Shown one piece after another: positions 19,250 through 28,654 of a stretch of DNA of 64,000 nucleotides (within the stretch, counting starts at the first letter, position 1; the number at the start of each line of letters is the position of its first letter). The stretch covers positions 1-64,000 of the IMG/VR virus record IMGVR_UViG_3300026549_000005; one strand, given 5' to 3'. A program made the translations under genes and the position numbers. Source of the DNA: a virus. The notes under the pieces are model-generated. The model saw only the letters and a program-made list of their open reading frames with translations. It did no database searches and was not told the origin of the DNA.

Positions 19250-19629
19250 GCTTCTTCAATATCAGCCTCAAGAGCCTCAAACCCTGAAAGTTTTTGAATC
19301 TTTTCAGCAATATCTGCAAGAATTCCTGCGGGGAATTTCTTGTTCAAGAATTCACTAGCTGAATTGCATTTTACTTTCTGCAAGAATTTTTCATCTGCAA
19401 AATCAGGCTCAACAATACAAGCATCAAGAACAAGTCGATTGTATTTACCTAAATCAAATGTAATATTCTTTCCTTTTACGCTGTTTGCCCTTTTCTGAAA
19501 TTCAGAATGTTCTTCCTGCAACAAAGGTCTAACAACAAATTCAAATTCTTTGCCGTTTACAACTTCTTTTACAGTTTCCCTGATTTCTGAAACATCAGGC
19601 ATTTCCAAAAAATCATCAAGTTTACTCAT
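19240..19629 (-). CDS. XkdN-like tail assembly chaperone (short form)
   Basis: ORF track 19240..19683, trimmed to M19 (GGAGG SD). Position between tube and tape measure. Confidence 0.7.
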   Translation of the reverse strand: MSKLDDFLEMPDVSEIRETVKEVVNGKEFEFVVRPLLQEEHSEFQKRANSVKGKNITFDLGKYNRLVLDACIVEPDFADEKFLQKVKCNSASEFLNKKFPAGILADIAEKIQKLSGFEALEADIEEAKN

Positions 19630-19720
19630 TTTAATCCTCCAAAAATAAATAAGTATTGCTTTGATTATAAAATAAACCACCATAAAAATAAAGTTATTTT
19701 ATGGTGGTATTATGCTTTAT

Positions 19721-20176
19721 TTAAGAAAGTGCCTTAAATGATTCATTAAGTTCAACATCACTGAAAGTAAAGTTTGCTGATTCATCAAGAAATTCTGCCT
19801 CTGTATCAAGTTTGGCAATTTCTGACTCATCCATATTACAATCAATCAATGTTACCTGCTGTTTGCCAATAGATGAAGTCGGGTCTTCATTGGTAAGAAC
19901 CAACTTAAAGTAAGTATCTTTACCTGATTTAGCATAATCAATCATCATCTTTGCCCAACGTGAACTTGCATAATGGATAACCATTGAACCCGTACCAGTC
20001 CAACCCGTTGCCTTATGCTGAGTGCCACGATAACCCAAAGCCTTAAATTCAGTTTTGTTTTTAGTTATTTTAGCTGTAATATTTTTGCATTCAGCAACTT
20101 CAATTACTTTACCGTCAATTGTAGCAAACAGTGAACCTTCTTTGCCTGATATGGCATCACTTGCTTTCATGTACAT
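19721..20176 (-). CDS. tail tube protein (XkdM-like)
   Basis: Synteny after the sheath gene. 151 aa. AAGGAGG SD. Confidence 0.8.
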   Translation of the reverse strand: MYMKASDAISGKEGSLFATIDGKVIEVAECKNITAKITKNKTEFKALGYRGTQHKATGWTGTGSMVIHYASSRWAKMMIDYAKSGKDTYFKLVLTNEDPTSSIGKQQVTLIDCNMDESEIAKLDTEAEFLDESANFTFSDVELNESFKALS

Positions 20177-20191
20177 ATTGTGCCTCCTTTA

Positions 20192-21526
20192 CTAACTTCT
20201 AACCTTTACGGTTATATAAAGTTTTTCCATCGAATCAACGGGTTTTACACCCCATTCAACAACAACAGCATCAAGGTCAACACCCTGAGCAATTGTAATA
20301 TCATCAGCACCAGCAAATTCCTGAATAGCATTAATTCTCTGCATTTCATTACCATAGACAATAAGGTCTGATTTGAAAATTCCTCTTCCAATATCATTAT
20401 TATCAACCTTACCCATGTAAGAATCTTCCCATGTCTGAACAACGGTTGTACCGATTTCATCAAGTGTTCTCATTACACGGTTTTTTGTAAAGTTGTAATT
20501 CTTATCACTACCATAAGTATGAAGTGAATTTATATCCTGCTCCACTTTAATCTTTCCACTTGTTGAAGTAGAAAGAATGAATTTACCAACGCTTAATCCT
20601 TCTTTAATTTCTGCATCAGTAAGTTCACCAACGATTGAAGTTGCACCATTGATTACTCTTCCAGTGTTTGATTCGTTTACATTTGCACCAGCAGTCATAC
20701 CAGCAACAATTGCAACAAAATCTTCCTTACTAAAAGTTACATCATCAATAACTGCACCGTTTACAGAATTGATGATTCCTTCATAATCTGCACCAGCGTA
20801 ATCAGCAACAACACCCTGAACATAACGACCTTCATCTTCACGCAACTGCTGAATAAAGGTTACTACATTTGATTTAATTGTTGTATCTGAGCTGAAACAA
20901 GCGTAAGTCTGCCATTTAGCCATCTGCAAGGCTCTAAACATAGCTGGATAAGCGGTTGAATCAACAACTGTACCGTTAGTACCACCAGTCAAGGCAACAC
21001 CAGCGGTTACTTCCAATTCACCGTTTCCAGTAAAATCAACATAATCGTTGTTTTCAAGTTCTGTTACGTTTGCAACTTTTTGTGAGTCGAGGCTCGCACC
21101 GTCTACATAGGTGATTACAGTCCAAAGTTCATTTGCTGCATCCTGAGTAATTGCAATAAGAATCTTGTTTCCGAATGTACCGTTATATTTAGCGGTTGCG
21201 GTCAAGTTTCCAAAAGTTACACTTGCTTTTGAACCACCAGCATCCATACGATAAACAAGAGCCTTGTAAGCGTAATTCAATGCACCAGCAAGCAGTTTTG
21301 ATTCACTATCAAATGCAGTAAATCCAACTTTCTTCTTGCTTGTACCATCAAGCAAATCACTTGAAAGCACCTCGATTAATTCACCCTCTTTACCCCATGA
21401 CAAAGGTAAACCCATTGCAACAATTCCTCTATCACCAACGGTCATTTTTGATTTTGGAACTGCCTTAAAATTGATGTAAGCACCAGGTCTTACCTTGTTC
21501 TGAGCGAGCCAAATTCCACCTGCCAT
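20192..21526 (-). CDS. contractile tail sheath protein (XkdK-like)
   Basis: 444 aa. The N-terminus GIWLAQNKVRPGAYINF is typical of sheath proteins. Confidence 0.85.
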   Translation of the reverse strand: MAGGIWLAQNKVRPGAYINFKAVPKSKMTVGDRGIVAMGLPLSWGKEGELIEVLSSDLLDGTSKKKVGFTAFDSESKLLAGALNYAYKALVYRMDAGGSKASVTFGNLTATAKYNGTFGNKILIAITQDAANELWTVITYVDGASLDSQKVANVTELENNDYVDFTGNGELEVTAGVALTGGTNGTVVDSTAYPAMFRALQMAKWQTYACFSSDTTIKSNVVTFIQQLREDEGRYVQGVVADYAGADYEGIINSVNGAVIDDVTFSKEDFVAIVAGMTAGANVNESNTGRVINGATSIVGELTDAEIKEGLSVGKFILSTSTSGKIKVEQDINSLHTYGSDKNYNFTKNRVMRTLDEIGTTVVQTWEDSYMGKVDNNDIGRGIFKSDLIVYGNEMQRINAIQEFAGADDITIAQGVDLDAVVVEWGVKPVDSMEKLYITVKVRS

Positions 21527-21529
21527 ATT

Positions 21530-21790
21530 CTACTCCTTTTTGATATATGATGCTTCAAAAACTTCAGCAGTAACAACATTAATATCACCGCTAGAATTTT
21601 TTGTAACATAGTTACCTTCAATCAGCAACAACTTCGCACCATTTACAGTGATTAAACAATTGTACACACCATCCTTTTTTGTCAATTGAAAGTTTGTACA
21701 TTCTGTAAAAATGATAATATCAGATAATGTTGCAACACTAAACTGAATAGCTTCAATTTCAACTGGAATACTAATGTATTTAGTTGCCAT
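21530..21790 (-). CDS. hypothetical protein (86 aa)
   Basis: ORF track. Tightly packed in the structural operon. Confidence 0.5.
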   Translation of the reverse strand: MATKYISIPVEIEAIQFSVATLSDIIIFTECTNFQLTKKDGVYNCLITVNGAKLLLIEGNYVTKNSSGDINVVTAEVFEASYIKKE

Positions 21791-22232
21791 TTAATCTTAC
21801 CTCCATATTTAATTTATTTTGTTTTACTGATTCTTCATCATGTATTTCCTTTCCCAATATATCAACATTAAAGGTAAAATGTAACACCCCATCAACCTTT
21901 TCTGTATTTTTTTCTTTTATTCTTATTTTTTCATTTCCAAAAGTAATTATGTTAAAATTCTGTAAGAGTTTCATCCCCATATCATCAAGATTCTGCTCCA
22001 ACTTCAAATCTGTAGATTGGTCTGACTTTATTCTGTATCTCACATCCATTGCATAAGACATTAAGTGATAACTTTTTCTTTCTTCAGTATCAACAACGGA
22101 TATTTGATAAACGAAAAAATGAGGATATTGTGGATTAGTTATAGCCTCCTTATAAACCTTTACATTAGAAAAAGTTTTAAGAAGTTGCTGAACAATTGCC
22201 TGCTTTACATTTTCACCCGTTAATTCAATCAT
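21780..22232 (-). CDS. tail-completion / head-tail joining candidate
   Basis: Position only. Confidence 0.45.
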   Translation of the reverse strand: MIELTGENVKQAIVQQLLKTFSNVKVYKEAITNPQYPHFFVYQISVVDTEERKSYHLMSYAMDVRYRIKSDQSTDLKLEQNLDDMGMKLLQNFNIITFGNEKIRIKEKNTEKVDGVLHFTFNVDILGKEIHDEESVKQNKLNMEVRLNGN

Positions 22233-22700
22233 TTACAAACCCCATCTTTTACAGAAATTACTCCATTCAACTGCAAATCTAGCAGGCATCTGATTTCTAA
22301 TTTCATTTACACTAATTGTTAGCATAAATCTGCCATCTTTCCAACCAACTTCAACACTATGCCCTGCACCACCCATAATTCTATGCCCATATTCAACTTC
22401 AGTTGCATATTCCGTTGGATTCAAGATTTCAACACTTATCTTTTTACCTTCAACAAGAATTTTTCCCAACTGCCAATTCCTACGAAGTGTACCACCCACA
22501 TAATTTGGAATTCCCGTGCTCTCAGGAGTTCCAACGGGAGTTCTAGGTTTTGTTTTAGCAATCACCCTTTCAGCCATTTCAACAATAAAATTTCTTAAAA
22601 AATAAGCCAAAGAATCATCATTTGAATCCTGACTTAATCTTTCAAGTTTTTCTTGCATTTTTTTCCATTCACGTGTATCAACTCCCCATTTTCCTGCCAT
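22233..22700 (-). CDS. HK97 gp10-like head-tail protein
   Basis: The pattern around EYATEVEYGH, plus position. Confidence 0.6.
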   Translation of the reverse strand: MAGKWGVDTREWKKMQEKLERLSQDSNDDSLAYFLRNFIVEMAERVIAKTKPRTPVGTPESTGIPNYVGGTLRRNWQLGKILVEGKKISVEILNPTEYATEVEYGHRIMGGAGHSVEVGWKDGRFMLTISVNEIRNQMPARFAVEWSNFCKRWGL

Positions 22701-23662
22701 TAATCATACCACCCGCACACATAAGAATTTAATTCATCTTCAGTCGGTGTATATGGAATTGCAGTAAACGTAACTTTATCACCAACTCTAGAAATAATTC
22801 TTGTAACCATTACAAAAATATTTCTAGGTATAAGCACAAGTTTTGCTCCTGAAGTAATAGCAAGAACTTTTCCGTTATCTTCATGAACCCAATCAACATT
22901 ATCACAAGTTATGGTATACACACCTTCTGATTCTGTTATTGAATCCAAATTTATTTTCTTGTACTGATGCCATCCATTAGCCAAATCCCCATCATCAGTT
23001 GTATATAAACCATAAACTAAGAATCTAGCCATATTAGGCATATCAGAAACACTGTATTCAAACGTTATTGTATAGCCCTCTTCATCAACACTAGCAATAA
23101 AAACAGTCGGGGATTCCTGCAAAACACCGTTTACATAACAATCAGCAAACTGATAACCTTCAATTGCAGGAGCATTTATTGTAAATGAACTTCCCACTTC
23201 AACAGTTTTTTCAATTTCATCTTGAATAGGTAAACCATTAGAAAAATACTGTATTTTAATTATAGCAGGATTAATTGGAGGTGTTGGTGTCGGTGTTTCA
23301 GGTTCGGTCGCAGACATAGTCATTAAAACTTTCTGCCTGCCTTGTGAAACAATAGGGTTTCCACATCTACCACTATATACTTTCAACAAGTTGCCCTGAT
23401 TATCCATTCTTTTACCAACGATAAAATCATTGTTTTGAATATCAACCCAATTTGCACAATGAACCGTTATACTTTGAATAATCGGTTTTGTATCAACACT
23501 ATTTGGGTCGGGATTATCAGTTGAATTGAAAGATAAATGGCAAGGAATGTTAGAATAAACTTCTTGTAATTTTCCACCTGAATCCCGCTTTATATCAATA
23601 AAATCGGAATCCATAAAATCTGATAAAACATCAGCAATTTGCCCAAAGTTAAATCCACTCAT
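22700..23662 (-). CDS. hypothetical structural protein (320 aa, TPTPTPP linker)
   Basis: ORF track. Position in the head-tail connector block. Confidence 0.5.
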   Translation of the reverse strand: MSGFNFGQIADVLSDFMDSDFIDIKRDSGGKLQEVYSNIPCHLSFNSTDNPDPNSVDTKPIIQSITVHCANWVDIQNNDFIVGKRMDNQGNLLKVYSGRCGNPIVSQGRQKVLMTMSATEPETPTPTPPINPAIIKIQYFSNGLPIQDEIEKTVEVGSSFTINAPAIEGYQFADCYVNGVLQESPTVFIASVDEEGYTITFEYSVSDMPNMARFLVYGLYTTDDGDLANGWHQYKKINLDSITESEGVYTITCDNVDWVHEDNGKVLAITSGAKLVLIPRNIFVMVTRIISRVGDKVTFTAIPYTPTEDELNSYVCGWYD

Positions 23663-24033
23663 ACTCTGTATAATTTCCTATAACGGTTCAACTCGGTCAA
23701 TCTTGTGATTTTATCATTCATCTGCACTTTAAGGCTTTCAACACCGCTGAATGATACAGTTCTACCGTCTTCAGATATGCTTGAAACGTTGCCAACAACT
23801 GCACCACTTTTATTTAATGCGGTATTTTCTCTGTATAAATCAACAACAATTTGACATAACGTATAGTGTAAAGCAGACGGCAACTGTTTAATGTTACAAT
23901 AATTCAGAATCCCTTGCTCAGCCTGAGCAATGTAGATTTGGAGGATTTCATCAGCGGAATCATCACTGATTCCAAGTAACACCTTTACGGTTTTGAGGTA
24001 ATCAAATTCGTTTTCATCATTGCCGTCTGCCAT
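23659..24033 (-). CDS. gp6-like head-tail connector protein
   Basis: Size, position after the capsid gene, and a typical N-terminal DYLK..L.I.....D..L pattern. Confidence 0.6.
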   Translation of the reverse strand: MADGNDENEFDYLKTVKVLLGISDDSADEILQIYIAQAEQGILNYCNIKQLPSALHYTLCQIVVDLYRENTALNKSGAVVGNVSSISEDGRTVSFSGVESLKVQMNDKITRLTELNRYRKLYRV

Positions 24034-24036
24034 TTT

Positions 24037-24252
24037 TTACACTTCCTTCTTTTTCTTCAGTTTTTCAGCATCGGTTTTCTTAGTTTCAGGTTCTTTATCA
24101 GAATCTTTAACTTCTTCCTTTGCAGATTCAGCCAAAGTTTCAGTTTCAGCAGGCTTAATTTCTTTTACTTCAACATCAGCACTTGTTTTACCAAGTGCCT
24201 TTGCCTCTGCTTTCATTCTTGCCCGCATTGCATTAAAAGCACTTAAACCCAT
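24037..24252 (-). CDS. Lys/Glu-rich small protein
   Basis: ORF track. Low-complexity charged sequence. Confidence 0.4.
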   Translation of the reverse strand: MGLSAFNAMRARMKAEAKALGKTSADVEVKEIKPAETETLAESAKEEVKDSDKEPETKKTDAEKLKKKKEV

Positions 24253-24266
24253 ATTTCACCACCTTA

Positions 24267-25235
24267 TTACAGTGTATGTACAAGTTTAACCATACCAATC
24301 TTCTTAATATCAGATACACGATTCCAATTTGTACCAACTGCAAGTTCTGCATCTGAAGGTGTTGGTCCAGTGATAGTTGCACCACCAACCCAAGAAATTC
24401 CCTTTGGATGAAGAACCTTAGCCTGACGGTTAATCAGGTAATCAGTTGAACCAAGTGAATCACGGTCTGTTTCAACCTGAGTAAGGTCAATTGGTGTACC
24501 AATACCACGCTGAATAGCACCACGAGCAAGAAGATATGTTGTATATTTTGGTTTTTCTCCTTTTGTATCAACGGGTGCTGAATCATCACATACAACACGA
24601 TAACCAAGATAAGTTGGAATTGTAATCTTGCTTTCAGCAACGGGAATAAACTGAATTACATTCTGTTTCTGCAATTCAGTAAATGTTGCAGAGTGCATAT
24701 AAATCATTGAAAGAAGGTCGCTGGCATCACCCATCAACTGCTTAGCATCAAGAACTGCATTTGCTGAAATTGCACTTGCACTTTCAGCGGAAATATCCTT
24801 TACAAGACCTGACATACTTGCTGAGGCAAATACACCATTAAGGATAGACATGATGTTAGATTTTTCATCACGAACCCACCAATCAGCAACACGGCTTGCA
24901 ATTGCTTTCATCGGGTCGTCACCTGCAAGAGCACCTGCAAGTTCATGAGCACCCCAAGCATTAGCACGAATAAGCAAAGTCGCCAATTCAGATTTGCTTG
25001 TGATGTTGTTTACTGTGATAGGGTTAGTATCATCAAGAACCTGCGATTTACCACCGAGGTCATTCCACTTTGGCATTGTCAAAATTGTACCACCACCCGT
25101 AATAAGACGGTTAAGTTCAGGGTTATTTTCAACAACACCCGCATTCATAATTTCACTTTTCTCAGTTGTTTTATCAATAACATACTGAGCAAAGAGTTCA
25201 GGCTGAATTACATCAGAAATTTTAGTTGCACCCAT
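24267..25235 (-). CDS. major capsid protein
   Basis: 322 aa, directly after the scaffold gene. GGAG SD. Confidence 0.75.
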   Translation of the reverse strand: MGATKISDVIQPELFAQYVIDKTTEKSEIMNAGVVENNPELNRLITGGGTILTMPKWNDLGGKSQVLDDTNPITVNNITSKSELATLLIRANAWGAHELAGALAGDDPMKAIASRVADWWVRDEKSNIMSILNGVFASASMSGLVKDISAESASAISANAVLDAKQLMGDASDLLSMIYMHSATFTELQKQNVIQFIPVAESKITIPTYLGYRVVCDDSAPVDTKGEKPKYTTYLLARGAIQRGIGTPIDLTQVETDRDSLGSTDYLINRQAKVLHPKGISWVGGATITGPTPSDAELAVGTNWNRVSDIKKIGMVKLVHTL

Positions 25236-25263
25236 TTTTTATACTCCTTTAATAAAATGCAAA

Positions 25264-25959
25264 TTACCAAGATGGTGCTTTGCCATTTACTGCCATATAC
25301 ATTGCCCTTGCTTTTTCCCTATCCGATTTAATCAATTCACCCTGCTTTGTAAGGTTTCCACTTTCAAACGGGTTTTCATCTTTCTTATCAGATGAAGGCT
25401 CTGTTAAAGGCTTGCTTTGTGGTGTTGCAGGCTTTTCATCATCTTTTTTCATAAAACCAAGCACTTGTTCTAGTGCTGATTCAATCGTTGTATTCTCATC
25501 AACAAGACCCTTTGCCATGCGGACATATTTGTCTACATCGGTCGAGTTCTTGCCCGTCAATTTGCTCAACGCAAGAATTACTGCATCTTTTTCTGCAAGT
25601 TGACTTTTCAAAGCACTAACTTCATTAGTAAGGTTTTCAAGAGTTTGTGCCTGCTTTTCTGATTCTGAAAGTGTGTTGTCATAAGCCTCTTTGAACTTTG
25701 CCAACTTATCTTTTTCATCAGGTTTCAGACCAAGCATTGCCAACAATTCCTTTTCCGCCTTGTTTTTGGCTGAATTAAGAATTCCCGCACTATGCTTATC
25801 AAATTCTTCTTTTGAAGCAAATGTTTTATACGGTGCATGATTTGGATTTTCCGCACTGCCATTTCCACCATTGTTTACAGTTTCAGGTGTTTCAACTTTT
25901 GTTTCCACCGTGTTTTTAGTTTCAGGTGTTTCAACTTCCTGATTAGGTTCAGTTCCCAT
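25264..25959 (-). CDS. scaffolding protein
   Basis: Helical, charged, 231 aa, upstream of the capsid gene. Confidence 0.65.
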   Translation of the reverse strand: MGTEPNQEVETPETKNTVETKVETPETVNNGGNGSAENPNHAPYKTFASKEEFDKHSAGILNSAKNKAEKELLAMLGLKPDEKDKLAKFKEAYDNTLSESEKQAQTLENLTNEVSALKSQLAEKDAVILALSKLTGKNSTDVDKYVRMAKGLVDENTTIESALEQVLGFMKKDDEKPATPQSKPLTEPSSDKKDENPFESGNLTKQGELIKSDREKARAMYMAVNGKAPSW

Positions 25960-26035
25960 AGTTTTACCCCTTTAGAGTTTGATATAAATAAAAAAGGTCA
26001 ACGGCTATAAACCATTGACCTTTTAGATTCCAAGT

Positions 26036-26221
26036 TTATTTTATTTCATCATTTTTTATTACAGTGCCTTGCCGTATCTCAACTTGAAAAGATGTTTTAC
26101 AATGCCTGCAATATATCTCATTTATCACCACTGATTTATCAGTAAGTTTTAATAATGGCTTATTGCACTTCTTACATCTAAACCAATTAATATTATCATT
26201 CATAAATACATAATATAACAT
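26036..26221 (-). CDS. Com-like zinc-ribbon protein
   Basis: CKKC...x...CRHC spacing resembles the Mu Com translational regulator. Confidence 0.5.
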   Translation of the reverse strand: MLYYVFMNDNINWFRCKKCNKPLLKLTDKSVVINEIYCRHCKTSFQVEIRQGTVIKNDEIK

Positions 26222-26243
26222 AAATAAATAAATTGTAAAGTAT

Positions 26244-28136
26244 TTATTTTACAACTGTATTTATCCATTGTGCATAACTCATACTGGCAGGCACTTCATA
26301 CCATTCACCAGCCCCATCTTCCCTTGCTATTCTTTCAGATTCTTCAAACATTTCATCAATTTCATCAGGTTCAAAATATGGAATTGTGGTACATCTGCAA
26401 TTACTTGACAAATACCCATTGACGATGTATAAAGTAGATGAGGAGGAAACATCGTAAATATGCCCGCTAAAATCACTACACTCAATGTTGACAACATCAT
26501 CGAATTGTATAATTCGGGAAAAAGCGTCAATGAACTTTCCAAAATCTTTAATGTCGCAAGAACCGTCATTTACAACAGACTTAAAAAGTCGGGAGTTGTA
26601 ATTAGAACGCAAAAGGAAGCGAATCAACTCATGATGAGTAAAAGAACCAGAGAAGAAAACATTAAGAACACTATCAACGCTCATAATGCCGTCAAAGGCA
26701 AGTGCTACACACGTAAGGAACTCTGCTATCGTGCTATTTCTAGGGAAAAATCTTTTAAGCGTTTTGTCAGTTTTTACGAATCTGAAATTGCTAAAGAACT
26801 TTCTAAAAGAGGGATTGATTATATTCCGCAAAAAGCCGTTGATATTTACAATGTCGATTTTTGCGTTTTCGGCAACATCGCCTTTGAGGTCTTTGGCGGA
26901 GGCTGGCATACTTCGGGAAAACATAAAGCCAAATTTTTTGAAAGAAGCAAAAAGATTTTCGATAGTGGGTACACCATTGTTATATGCTGGATTACTAACA
27001 ACACCTATTTCGTTCCAACCGCAATAGCGGATTACCTTGTCACCCTTAACGATATTCTTTGCTCTGACCCAACCTCTAGATGTAAGCATTATGTGATTCG
27101 GGGTGACGGTAAAACTTCCACCATTGGAAGTAAAAACCTTGAATATTTTTCCTGAATATTCAGATTTCATTATTTTTTCTGCGTCTGGTGATAAAACAAT
27201 GTTATCACCAGTAACGCAATTAGGGTGCATTGGCGGGTAATTTACACCCGTCACTGCCGTTTTTCTTGAATAATACTTTCCATCCCAATATCCACATTTT
27301 GAACAAGTATGAGCATCAAGTGTTGCAACAAACTGTATTTCATCAATACCATGTTCTTTGTAACTTTCCATTGTTGCAGACTCTGTTATATGAGCGGATT
27401 CCGTTATGCATAATCTTTCAGCGTTATAAAATGAAGTTCCGTAATTCTTTGCAATTTCACGAGCAATGACTACAGAGTTCTGCCCTCTCGCTATTCCTTG
27501 CAGGAAAGTGTTGCTTATGTTATCAAGCAGTTTATTTTTATCTTTCCAAATACGGTCTGAATAGTTTTCACCCAACCATCTTTCATTTACAAGATATTCA
27601 ACTTTATTTGCAGGAATAGCACTATAACCCGCACTGAATCCAAGTGTTTTATCAATATCAAAACTTGTGTAAGAATGTATATTTTCACATAATTTGGATA
27701 ATTCATCATTAAACTTTATTTCCTGCCTGAATCCCAAATCAATTAGATTGTATCTGAGTGAATTCTTTAATCCTTCCAACCTTGACATATAGGCTCTTGC
27801 TGACTGTAACCTTAATTCTTCTTTGTATTTACGCAACAGTTCAACATTGATTTTTCCCTGATTATCTTTAGCAAGTTTATTCACAAGATTGTAATAATTG
27901 GCAATTTCAATTTTGGCTGATTTCAATTCATCAGGATTTAATCTTTTCTGTACATCAGCGATTGAAAGACCATTCATTCCCGCATATCTGCCATAAAAAG
28001 CATCAATTTCTTTCTGAATGTTTTTAAGTGAGATTTCATATAATCTTTTACATTCGCTTTTAAGAATTGCAATGGATTTATCACCCATTCTTTCCTTTAT
28101 CTTGCCACGGTCTTTCCAATAAATTTCGCTATCCAT
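26244..28136 (-). CDS. head morphogenesis protein (SPP1 gp7 / Mu F family) interrupted by an intein
   Basis: TCSKCGYWDGKYY...NYPPMHPN|C...SSN|CRCTTIPY. The family motif PP.HPNCRC is restored if residues 307-579 are removed. Confidence 0.85.
   Translation of the reverse strand: MDSEIYWKDRGKIKERMGDKSIAILKSECKRLYEISLKNIQKEIDAFYGRYAGMNGLSIADVQKRLNPDELKSAKIEIANYYNLVNKLAKDNQGKINVELLRKYKEELRLQSARAYMSRLEGLKNSLRYNLIDLGFRQEIKFNDELSKLCENIHSYTSFDIDKTLGFSAGYSAIPANKVEYLVNERWLGENYSDRIWKDKNKLLDNISNTFLQGIARGQNSVVIAREIAKNYGTSFYNAERLCITESAHITESATMESYKEHGIDEIQFVATLDAHTCSKCGYWDGKYYSRKTAVTGVNYPPMHPNCVTGDNIVLSPDAEKIMKSEYSGKIFKVFTSNGGSFTVTPNHIMLTSRGWVRAKNIVKGDKVIRYCGWNEIGVVSNPAYNNGVPTIENLFASFKKFGFMFSRSMPASAKDLKGDVAENAKIDIVNINGFLRNIINPSFRKFFSNFRFVKTDKTLKRFFPRNSTIAEFLTCVALAFDGIMSVDSVLNVFFSGSFTHHELIRFLLRSNYNSRLFKSVVNDGSCDIKDFGKFIDAFSRIIQFDDVVNIECSDFSGHIYDVSSSSTLYIVNGYLSSNCRCTTIPYFEPDEIDEMFEESERIAREDGAGEWYEVPASMSYAQWINTVVK
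26400..27218 (-). mobile_element. intein (273 codons) in the MuF-like gene
   Basis: Hint blocks: CVTGDNIVL (A), TVTPNHIML (B), GHIYDVSSSSTLYIVNGYLSSN (F/G), then +1 Cys. Coordinates are derived from residue indices of the track ORF. Confidence 0.8.
26460..27155 (+). CDS. antisense-encoded HTH + Vsr/DUF559-like (PD-(D/E)XK-type) endonuclease candidate, entirely inside the intein
   Basis: ORF track. Resolvase-type HTH IIELYNSGKSVNELSKIFNVARTVIYNRLKKSG. Nuclease-like core IYNVDFCVFGNIAFEVFGGGWH...DSGYTIVICW. A GGAGG lies 13 nt upstream. The ORF is in exact antisense codon register with the intein ORF. Confidence 0.6.
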   Translation: MPAKITTLNVDNIIELYNSGKSVNELSKIFNVARTVIYNRLKKSGVVIRTQKEANQLMMSKRTREENIKNTINAHNAVKGKCYTRKELCYRAISREKSFKRFVSFYESEIAKELSKRGIDYIPQKAVDIYNVDFCVFGNIAFEVFGGGWHTSGKHKAKFFERSKKIFDSGYTIVICWITNNTYFVPTAIADYLVTLNDILCSDPTSRCKHYVIRGDGKTSTIGSKNLEYFS

Positions 28137-28163
28137 AATTCAATAATAACACCGTTTTAAAAT

Positions 28164-28196
28164 AAAAAAAAGACTCAGTTTTTAATGCCGAGTCTT
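28164..28196 (-). terminator. rho-independent terminator inside the head module
   Basis: AAGACTC/GAGTCTT stem followed on the minus strand by T8. Lies between the membrane-protein gene and the MuF-like gene. Confidence 0.6.
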
Positions 28197-28218
28197 TATT
28201 AATTTCAATTACATCAGG

Positions 28219-28560
28219 TTATTTATTCTTGTTTGCAACCGCTGATATAATCAAACCTGCGATAATTGCAACAAAACCAAATACACTTGAAATGATTGTT
28301 GCAACCATTGATTCAGCAATAACACCACCAAATCCAGCGATAAAAGCACCAACACCCACAAGCACAAGTGATAGAACCGCCATCCAAGTTTTAGCAGTTT
28401 TATCCCGCTTATCCCAAAGATTAGAACAAACAAGTCCTGCACCAAACATTGTTGAGGCAAATCCCAACAAATCAGAAAGTTCCCATTTAGTGAAGTAAGA
28501 AATTACAACACCAACCACGATAAAAAGAATTCCAATTACTGTAAGCCAATTCTTTTTCAT
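28219..28560 (-). CDS. four-TM membrane protein (113 aa)
   Basis: ORF track. Four hydrophobic helices. AAGGAGG SD. Confidence 0.65.
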   Translation of the reverse strand: MKKNWLTVIGILFIVVGVVISYFTKWELSDLLGFASTMFGAGLVCSNLWDKRDKTAKTWMAVLSLVLVGVGAFIAGFGGVIAESMVATIISSVFGFVAIIAGLIISAVANKNK

Positions 28561-28618
28561 TGTTTTAATCCTCCTTATTTCTTACCTGCTTTTTTCTTGT
28601 TAGCAGGTTTTTTACTTG

Positions 28619-28652
28619 TGTAACAACCTACAACAGTCACTCGGTTTTATCA
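28619..28652. repeat. 34-bp direct repeat, copy 2 (relic of the portal gene 3' end)
   Basis: TGTAACAACCTACAACAGTCACTCGGTTTTATCA versus copy 1. 31 of 34 positions are identical. Confidence 0.75.
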
Positions 28653-28654
28653 TC

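Noticed and set aside
26686-27027. A third open frame (113 aa, +) and 26327..26569 (-) in the intein region
   Set aside because: Their sequence is not protein-like. They are probably by-products of the locally GC-richer, stop-depleted dual-coding segment.
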